From contig JBGSQF010000013.1 in the NCBI GenBank assembly GCA_041738235.1, forward strand, positions 257,899 through 321,898: DNA of 64,000 bases. Reading direction: 5' to 3'. Below the pieces are notes generated by a model, which saw nothing but the letters and a program-made list of their open reading frames with translations, had not been told where the DNA came from and did not search any database. Shown here one piece after another: positions 8,568 to 16,436 of the stretch. The position numbers and the translations under genes are program-made. Origin of the DNA: Minisyncoccia bacterium (GTDB lineage Bacteria > Patescibacteriota > Minisyncoccia > Moranbacterales > GCA-2747515). The stretch's first letter is position 1; each line of letters opens with the position of its first letter.

Positions 8568-9890
8568 TTATCTTAGTATTTTTACCACTCCTTTATTAGC
8601 GTCAACTTCTACCATCATACCATCTTTCAAAACCTTCGTGGCGATCTTGGTTCCGATGATACAGGGTTTTTTGAGTTCGCGACTCAATATCGCCGCATGG
8701 CATGTAATACCCCCTTCCTCGGTCACAAATGCACCGGCCTTTCTGAGAATGGGCATCATATCAGGCGTCGTCATGTTCGCAACCACGATATCGCCCTCTA
8801 CAAATTTCGCGAAATCTTCAGGATCACGAATAATCTTTACGAGACCGGAAATTTTCCCCTGAGATGCCACCGTTCCCGTCAGCGAAGAAACATCCTGCAC
8901 ATCTTCTTTGAGACACTCTTGTATTTTCCACATGTCCTCCCCAACAACGCATCGAACGGCGCCGTCCGCCACAACTATAGAATGTGCCCATGTTCGTTCT
9001 TGAATAATTCTTTTAGGAGGAATCTTTCGTTGTGTGACTTCCTCGGGCATGCAATGCAAGAGTTCTTGATACGTGAGGTAAAACGTATCGGCAAGCGCTT
9101 CCAGCCTTGGAATATACGCATAGGTTGCCTTATTGAGCATATCCGTCCGATGTGTCCGATAAAATACGATATATTGCATCAAATCTACCAAATAGGACTG
9201 TCTTGGCCCAAGTATTTCTTTGGCACGACGTATCGCATTCTTAATACCCTCTTTTTCCTGAGCATACCCATTAAGATAGTTCTCTTCCTCCAGGATACGC
9301 TTATTCTCCGTCGCAGCCTCAAAAGTATACGGGATATTTCTCCCATACCGCGAGAGTATCCATGCGTATTCTTTAATGTGCTTTCGTATATCACGCGTCG
9401 TCACAAGATCATATTGTTCTTGCTTGTAATAATTATTCCTCAATGGGATATTTAACGCATCCAACAATAACTTCATCTCCGACTCCGATGCATTCTTTGC
9501 CAATTCCGTTCTCATGCGCGCAAAAACGAGTTCGTCCCAAGCCCATATTATCAAAACAGCGGGGGAATAATTTTGAAAAGCGGTGAGAAAATCCTCAATA
9601 CCTTTTTCCGTTGAATGCATCAGTTTCTCCTCACGACGATCGAATTCCATTTGTATTCGCCCGAAATCCTCCTGTGTGATCACTTTCTCCAAACATGCCT
9701 TGCAGGCATTCATATTATATGTTTCATACCAATATTCATGATTCGCAGAAATAGCGTCAGTGATAACAACGGGATTATCAAGAAGTCCGACATAATCTCC
9801 AGGGTAAGACATTCCCCTCCAAATAGATCCGAGTAGAAGAGGTGGATAATTCCGGGTTACTGTGCGAAAAAATTTTTTTTGTTGCACCAT
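8568..9890 (-). CDS. Paralog 6: divergent N-terminal domain + PEP-utilizing His domain
   Basis: ...[69 protein letters not shown]. Confidence 0.8.
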   Translation of the reverse strand: [440 protein letters not shown]

Positions 9891-9899
9891 AAGGACTCT

Positions 9900-11234
9900 T
9901 TACGGATTAAGGATTCTTACCACTCCACGCTCCGCATCCACCTCTACCAGATCCCCATCCTTGAGTACTCTTGTAGCGATCTTGGTGCCGATGATACAGG
10001 GTTTTTTGAGTTCTCGAGCAACGATGGCCGCGTGACAAGTAATGCCTCCGTCATCTGTAATGATCGCAACCGCCTTTTGCATTCCCAGAATATAAGAAGG
10101 GAGTGTCATAGTAGCCACAAGAATGTCTCCCTCCTGAATCTTTGATATATCCTCATCTCTCAAGATAGTCTTTGCAACTCCTCTTACTTTACCAGAATAG
10201 GCCACCCTTCCCTCAAAGAATGTAATATCCGAAAAACCCTCTTCAAGTTTCTTCTTCTGACTCACCGATGAAGTTCCAGAAATATTTTCATAACAATAGT
10301 GTCGCTTTCTCACTTCAAAATCAGGGCATATTCCCTTCTCCGAAAGAATCATTATCTCATCGAATGTAAGATAGAGAAGGTCCTCATACTTAAGTCCATG
10401 TTGAGTGGCTATCTGTGACCAATATGGTCGAAGTAAAACACCTATACGAGTCGTCGCGTCAGCGCGTTCATTCCGTAACCACACCATTTCTCGTCCCATT
10501 CGAATAACATCCTCAGAAATAGTATACTTTTTTATCGCCTCCTGTATGATCCGATCTGTTGCACGTTCCTCAAATTCCAACTGCTTAAGCTCCTCGATCG
10601 GATCCTCTCCATAAGAATGTAGACGCTTCTTGAGATCTTCCTCAGTGCTTGGCATTCGTTCGAAATATTTCGCGTTAGTCCACCCATAAAGATGAACGTG
10701 TTTACCCAGAGCTAACTCACTAGGATCTTGTGCAAGTTTGAGAAAGTCACGCCATTCCTGGCTCTCATAGTTTTTTCGTATCGGTGAACAAAGCGCGTGC
10801 AACTCTTCTTGGCTCATCCCATAATATGCAAGAAATTGCTCATACGCTTCGCCTGCCACGATGGGAACATACAAGAACGTTGAAAGATCGAGAAGTATCT
10901 TGTGAAGTTGTTTCAGATCTATGTCCTCGGATGAACAATATAGAACCGCATTCTCATAAAATGTTTTCCATAATTTCAACATCTCCCGCACATGTCCCAG
11001 GTCATTCACCCGGTAGAGATCCAGAAAGTATAAGACCAATCTTTCATACTCCTTTTCCAAAACATACACATCCCCACTGTAGGAAATGTAGTAATCGATA
11101 CCTGCGGGCATGTTCAATATCTTCTTTTGATCGCGAGAATTGATCCCAAGCGTCACTATATCAAACAAAAGAACGGGACCCTTCCTATTTACCGTACTTC
11201 TCAAGTTTTTGTTCTGATGCTGTGATTGATGCAT
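9900..11234 (-). CDS. Paralog 7: divergent N-terminal domain + PEP-utilizing His domain
   Basis: ...[65 protein letters not shown]. Confidence 0.8.
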   Translation of the reverse strand: [444 protein letters not shown]

Positions 11235-11265
11235 GCTATATAAACTATTTTAAGTTCGAAAATAC

Positions 11266-12207
11266 TTATGAAAGTGTCGTTATCGGTCTGCTTTGAGTGA
11301 TATAGAATTTTCCTTTATAGAGTGCCCATTCGATGTCACAAGGGAATTTGTAGTGATCTTCAATGCACTTAATAATTTCAGAGAGTTCCATGATCTGCTT
11401 ACCAGAAAGTTTTTGTTCATTGCGCTTCGAGAGTTCGACGGTCTTCCATTGGTTCTTTCCAGTCTTTGCGTCATATTCCAATTTCTTCTCCTGTTCAGAA
11501 ATATTAACATCAATGATGGTCTTGTTCTTCTTGGAAACCACATACGAGTCGGGGGTGATCGATCCGGAAACAATCGCTTCACCGAGTCCCCACCCGGCTT
11601 CAATGATGATCTGATCACGGTCCTCCGTCACAGGATGCACGCTAAACGCAATCCCCGATACCTCCGACTGGATCATCTCCTGCACCACGACTGCTACACT
11701 TACATGAGATTTCTTGAGCCCCTGCTCCATACGGTAAAATATAGCTCTTGGGGTAAAAAGTGACGCCCAGCATCGCTGAACATTTTTGAGAAGCGTCTCT
11801 TGTGTCGTATTGAGGAATGTATCCAATTGTCCCGCCCATGCCGCGCTCTGAGAGTCCTCCGCCGTAGCGCTCGAACGAACCGCGACATATTGTGTATCAA
11901 GTTTTTCAAATGACTTCTGGATCTCACTCGCAATATCTTCCGGCATCTTAGATCGAAGGATCATATCCTGAATACGTTCACTCGCATGCTCCACCGTATG
12001 CATCTTATCCTTCCCTACATCATTGATCTCACTATCCACCTCCACTCGCAGATCCGCCTCGTCGAGGAATTTTTCGAAGGCCTCAGCGATCAGAACAAAA
12101 CCCTGGGGAATCGGAAATTTAGCCTGCATCATTTCCCCAAGAGACGCGCCCTTTCCTCCAGCGATCCCCGCATCTCCCATTCCAATTTGTGAAAATTTCT
12201 TGATCAT
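11266..12207 (-). CDS. Stand-alone PEP synthase / pyruvate-phosphate dikinase N-terminal nucleotide-binding (ATP-grasp, PPDK_N) domain protein, 313 aa, with no His or TIM-barrel domain attached
   Basis: GGKGASLGEM, VAVRSSATAEDS, AGQLDTFLN, ASLFTPRAIFYR, AGWGLGEAIVSGSITPD and DIEWALYKGKFYITQSRPIT match conserved blocks of the E. coli PpsA N-terminal domain. The protein ends where the His domain would begin. Confidence 0.85.
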   Translation of the reverse strand: MIKKFSQIGMGDAGIAGGKGASLGEMMQAKFPIPQGFVLIAEAFEKFLDEADLRVEVDSEINDVGKDKMHTVEHASERIQDMILRSKMPEDIASEIQKSFEKLDTQYVAVRSSATAEDSQSAAWAGQLDTFLNTTQETLLKNVQRCWASLFTPRAIFYRMEQGLKKSHVSVAVVVQEMIQSEVSGIAFSVHPVTEDRDQIIIEAGWGLGEAIVSGSITPDSYVVSKKNKTIIDVNISEQEKKLEYDAKTGKNQWKTVELSKRNEQKLSGKQIMELSEIIKCIEDHYKFPCDIEWALYKGKFYITQSRPITTLS

Positions 12208-12236
12208 AAATCCTTTGTATTTAATAAGATTATCTA

Positions 12237-13739
12237 CTAAATGATCGTCACAACACCTTTGTTAGCATCTACCTCCACCAACATTCCATCCTTCAAAACC
12301 TTCGTTGCAACCTTCGTACCAATAATACAGGGCTTTTTCATCTCCCGACTCACGATAGCTGCATGACAAAGTATCCCTCCCTGATCCGTAACAAAAGCGG
12401 ATGCCTTCTCCATTGCCGGGATATAATTTGGATCGGTCATCGAGATAACCAGAACATCCCCTTGTTTCATCTTACGCATATCTTTTGTACTCTTCAAAAC
12501 ACGGCATGTCCCCCTTATAATTCCCGGAAAAGCGACGGACCCTCGAAAAGAATTATCCAACCGCTCCTCTTGATCATTTAAAAGGATACTCCGGGAAATG
12601 AGGTGAGCCACATCCCCCGTGAACACATACCGATCGTTACCCGCCATGATACCCACAAAAGCCTTTTTTCGTTCAGCTATGATATCTTTGTACGGTAACT
12701 TACCCAGAAGAGCCTGATGCACCTCGTTTGCATCCAAGTACTTTATATCAAGTACTTTTATCTTCAATAAAGTTGTGATCTTTACAATGATCGGCCAAAT
12801 ATTAAATAGTGCCACATGAACCACATCATTTCGAAAAGACCTCAAAAATCCAAATAGTTGAACGGTCATTGCTAAGTTATACAAATGAGGGATAGACTCA
12901 ATATCCTTCATGATTCGCCCCCTTAAAAGACGCAAACTTCTCTCTTGTTTTCTATATGTCTTATACTCATGTTCGATATCGGTCCGAAGTAGTTTCTGCA
13001 ATTTACGCATAAAGACAACTTCACCATATGGCTTCTCTTCCATTAAAACCATCCCGATCCATCCATGCTTCTTTGTGTGTTGAGCGATCTTTCTCTTTAC
13101 TAACTCAGAATCCATGCTCATCTGATGCGCCTTGATATAGCATGCCATTCGCATCAGACTACTTTTTTCCTCAAGTACAAATATTTTTCTGTCTGGCAAA
13201 GTAATTGCGCTGATAAAATCAAAATACTGATCCTGATCAAATCCTTTTTGATCACAATATATCTTGAACTTTTTCTCAAAGACTTCTGTAAGAAACAGAT
13301 CCACCAAATGCAAACTAAACATATACGGCATCATCTCTTTACACGATTGGATGACCTGAGAGTACATGCCTACCAACTCACTCTTTGACAGGCAAGGGAG
13401 GGGGGTTTTCCCCATCAGTTTCGAAAGATCCAATAGATCATCCCCCATTTTCAAACAGTTTTCGGCATAATGAAAGAGATACGTATCGTCTTTCCGATAT
13501 TCGCTTCGGATCTGCTGCGCAACCGCATCCCACTCCCTTTGTAGATCAAGGTATGCACCATCCTGTGTCCAAATACCAAATGTTTTACAAAAAGGAAAGT
13601 TTAATTTTTGCTGATATTTAGTTGATTCTCCCTCTCCATAGATCTCCAAATAAAGAGGGCTGGCATGCCACATTCCCCGCAGTCGCCACTTTTCATTCTT
13701 TATCCTGTCAAGAAGTATATTGAGTCTTTTTTTATCCAT
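12237..13739 (-). CDS. Paralog 8: divergent N-terminal domain + PEP-utilizing His domain; first gene of the array, 32 nt downstream of ribH
   Basis: ...[69 protein letters not shown]. Confidence 0.8.
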   Translation of the reverse strand: [500 protein letters not shown]

Positions 13740-13771
13740 TGGGATGCCAAAAAGAATTAACTCATCTCCTA

Positions 13772-14245
13772 CTATATCCTAACCATTTCCAATACTGCCT
13801 CAGCTGCCTCAGATCCCTTATTTTCCACCTTTCCACAGCGCTCTCGAGCCTGCTTAAGTGTGTTCACCGTCAAAATGCAATTCGCGATCGGCATATTATA
13901 CATAAGCATCACATCCATTGTTCCACGTGTCGCTTCGTTGGCAATGTAAACATAATGATCCGTGTCACCCCGAATAACACACCCGATCGCAATAAGAGCA
14001 TCATACCTCTGCTTCGACTCTGCCATTCTCTGACACGCCAGTGGGATCTCAAACCCTCCAGGAACGTATGCGACCTCAATATTTTTTTCTGTCACTCCAT
14101 TTGCCAACAAGGTTTTTTTAGCACCCTCAAGAAGCTTTTCTGTAATATCCTCATTGAATTTTGCCACCACAATGCCAATATGCAGCCTTCTTGCGTGTTG
14201 CCCCAAAATAACAGGCGCTTTCTTTACTGTTTGCTTTCTATTCAT
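13772..14245 (-). CDS. ribH: 6,7-dimethyl-8-ribityllumazine synthase
   Basis: HIGIVVAKFNEDITEKLLEGA...GVTEKNIEVAYVPGGFEIP...ALIAIGCVIRGDTDHY are typical lumazine synthase motifs. Confidence 0.85.
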   Translation of the reverse strand: MNRKQTVKKAPVILGQHARRLHIGIVVAKFNEDITEKLLEGAKKTLLANGVTEKNIEVAYVPGGFEIPLACQRMAESKQRYDALIAIGCVIRGDTDHYVYIANEATRGTMDVMLMYNMPIANCILTVNTLKQARERCGKVENKGSEAAEAVLEMVRI

Positions 14246-14395
14246 ATCACTCTAAAAATTTATGCCATTTAGGAACTCTCGACATTAAACCCAACTCTTC
14301 GATCAACTTCATCGTACCACCTCCCCACAACCAATACAAGAGAAAAACCGCCCTTATGAGGCGGCTCTATAAATACAATTTTATCAACAACATCT

Positions 14396-14845
14396 TTACA
14401 CTGCTTTGTCTTTTAGGATTGTCCCGCCTGACTTTTCGATTGCAGCACGTGCTGAATCGGTAAGTCGTATATTTGGGTTGATGGTCAGCTTCTTGGTCAA
14501 TTTTCCCGTCCCGAGAATCTTCACTCCAAATTTGATACCCGTTTTGTCCACCAAACCGGATCGCACAAATGATTGCATAGAAACAACATCTCCTTCTTGA
14601 AAGAATCGCTCGAGATCAGCCAGTGAAACGTTATTTTTTTCTGCATGAGGAGATTTGAACCCCTTGTTCTTCTTCATGCGCTCGATCAAAGATGACCGCC
14701 CTCCTTCAAACAATGGATCGATACTTACTCCCGATCGAGACTTCTGTCCCTTCACTCCACGACCACAGTACGTTCCACGTTTTCCGCCACGTCCAATACG
14801 CTTTCGACTCTTGATATTCCTCGATGAAATAGAATGGATTTGCAT
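14396..14845 (-). CDS. rplO: 50S ribosomal protein L15
   Basis: RIGRGGKRGTYCGRGVKGQKSRSG. Confidence 0.9.
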   Translation of the reverse strand: MQIHSISSRNIKSRKRIGRGGKRGTYCGRGVKGQKSRSGVSIDPLFEGGRSSLIERMKKNKGFKSPHAEKNNVSLADLERFFQEGDVVSMQSFVRSGLVDKTGIKFGVKILGTGKLTKKLTINPNIRLTDSARAAIEKSGGTILKDKAV

Positions 14846-14855
14846 ATAAATAGAA

Positions 14856-15446
14856 TTACTTCTTCACTTCTTTCTTCTTTGGTTGAGCGACCTCCTTTTT
14901 GCTCTCATCAACCTTCTTCACCACATCCTCCTTCTGAGGTTCGTCTTTCACCTCTCCATCCTGTTTCTTCTTTTTCTCTCTCAAATCGTGACGAATACTG
15001 TCCAAAGCCAATAAGGTTGCTTTAGCCACATTAATTTTATTGGATGTTCCAAAAGACTTTGACACTGTATCACGAATACCAGCAAGATCTGCTACTGATC
15101 GCACCGCTCCACCAGCGATAAGTCCACGTCCTTCCGGTGCACGTCGAAGCAATACTTTAGCACTTCCATATTTTGCTGTTACATCATGAGGAAGCGTATT
15201 TCCATCAAGGCGCACTGTGATCATACTTTTCTTAGCAGCAGCAAAAGCCTTGTTGATAGCGTCAGACACATCAGCACCCTTTGCTACTCCAACACCCACT
15301 TTCCCCTTTCTGTTTCCAATGACAAGTGTTGCACGGAATCGAAAACGACGACCTCCCTTTACCACACGGGTAACTCGGGCAAGGTCAAGAAGTTTTTGAT
15401 CAAATTCCGGCTTCTCTCTTTTCTGTTGTCTCTTGTTTCTTGGCAT
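14856..15446 (-). CDS. rpsE: 30S ribosomal protein S5 with a Lys/Glu-rich C-terminal extension
   Basis: VTRVVKGGRRFRFRATLVIGNRKGKVGVGVAKGADVSDAINKA. Directly followed by rplO with no L30 gene between them. Confidence 0.9.
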   Translation of the reverse strand: MPRNKRQQKREKPEFDQKLLDLARVTRVVKGGRRFRFRATLVIGNRKGKVGVGVAKGADVSDAINKAFAAAKKSMITVRLDGNTLPHDVTAKYGSAKVLLRRAPEGRGLIAGGAVRSVADLAGIRDTVSKSFGTSNKINVAKATLLALDSIRHDLREKKKKQDGEVKDEPQKEDVVKKVDESKKEVAQPKKKEVKK

Positions 15447-15475
15447 ATCCTCAATGTAAGATGTAGATTGATTTA

Positions 15476-15829
15476 TTAAAACTTGAGTCCAGCTTCACGC
15501 GCTCCATCAGCCACCGCCTTCACCTTCCCGTGATAGGCATACCCGGAACGGTCGAACACTGCTTCCTGGATCTTCTTTTCCAAACATCGTTGTCCAATCA
15601 ATTTCCCGATCTCTCGAGCCTGCTCTACGGTATCTTTATTAAAAGGTTTTTTCATCTCTTTCCAAGTGACACTTGCCAAAGTAATTCCTTTCTCATCATC
15701 GATCGCCTGTGCAGAAACACCACGCAAACTTCGAAAAACGCTCAGGCGAGGCTTTGTGCTCGTACCAGAGATCTTTGATCGAACACGACGTGCTCGTTGT
15801 AAACGGTGGTTATTCTTTGAAACATTCAT
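15476..15829 (-). CDS. rplR: 50S ribosomal protein L18
   Basis: KPRLSVFRSLRGVSAQAIDDEKGITLASV...GYAYHGKVKAVADGAREAGLKF. Confidence 0.9.
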   Translation of the reverse strand: MNVSKNNHRLQRARRVRSKISGTSTKPRLSVFRSLRGVSAQAIDDEKGITLASVTWKEMKKPFNKDTVEQAREIGKLIGQRCLEKKIQEAVFDRSGYAYHGKVKAVADGAREAGLKF

Positions 15830-15848
15830 AGACTTATCGTAGATTTAA

Positions 15849-16400
15849 TTATGATCCGGATCCAGCCTTCTTCCCTTCTTTGCGTCTCACGATCTCACCA
15901 ACATAACGGAATCCCTTTCCCTTATATGGCTCAACCGGCTTGAGCGCGCGGATGTTGGCTGTAAATTGCCCGACAGCTCTTTTGTCAATTCCCGTGATCG
16001 TCATTACGTTTCCCTCTATCTTTGCATCAATACCTTCAGGGATAGCCACAACAACAGGATGTGAAAATCCAAGTGCTAGATCCAATGATCTTCCCTTCAG
16101 AGCCATACGGTACCCAACACCATTCAATTCAAGCTGCTTCTGAAAACCATTTTTGACACCCAAGATCATGTTCTCCAAAATACGCGCTGTTGTACCCCAA
16201 AGCGCAGGTGACCGTTTTGATGAGCGAGCTACCGTAACGGCAACCTCTTTTGTCTCAGCGTTTACTTCAACAGACATCTCTCGTTCGTATCGAAAAGTAA
16301 GCGTCCCTTTCGGACCCTTAACGATAACCGTTCTGGGTTTCTCCATCTCAATGGTCACTCCATCAAGAATCTGCACTGGTTTTTTTCCTATTCGACTCAT
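15849..16400 (-). CDS. rplF: 50S ribosomal protein L6
   Basis: MSRIGKKPVQILDGVTIE...VKGPKGTL...KPVEPYKGKGFRYVGE. Confidence 0.9.
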   Translation of the reverse strand: MSRIGKKPVQILDGVTIEMEKPRTVIVKGPKGTLTFRYEREMSVEVNAETKEVAVTVARSSKRSPALWGTTARILENMILGVKNGFQKQLELNGVGYRMALKGRSLDLALGFSHPVVVAIPEGIDAKIEGNVMTITGIDKRAVGQFTANIRALKPVEPYKGKGFRYVGEIVRRKEGKKAGSGS

Positions 16401-16436
16401 ATATATACGTTACGGACTTTATGAACCCACGAAACT

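Larger units (their letters stand above)
536..12350 (-). repeat. Dispersed near-identical ~60-100 nt repeat at the 3' end of each array paralog (coding for ...[34 protein letters not shown]). Best pair 6044..6144 vs 8581..8681, with 55 consecutive identical nt.
   Basis: tttaccactcctttattagcgtcaacttctaccatcataccatctttcaaaacctt is identical in paralogs 4 and 6. Close copies occur at ~536-640, 4510-4600, 7575-7660, 9960-10040 and 12290-12350. The rest of each gene is divergent even at protein level. Confidence 0.8.

Noticed and set aside
8697-9455. 252-aa plus-strand ORF antisense to paralog 6
   Set aside because: Low-complexity, stop-free stretch opposite a well-supported minus-strand gene with a conserved domain. 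No start signals.
536-12350. Possibility that the repeated ~60-100 nt elements are a CRISPR array or MITE-like mobile repeats
   Set aside because: Repeats are spaced ~1.5 kb apart, lie inside coding frames, and encode the conserved His-domain C-terminus. They have no regular short spacers or terminal inverted repeats.
13739-14272. 177-aa plus-strand ORF over ribH
   Set aside because: Antisense to lumazine synthase. Cys/His-rich junk translation.
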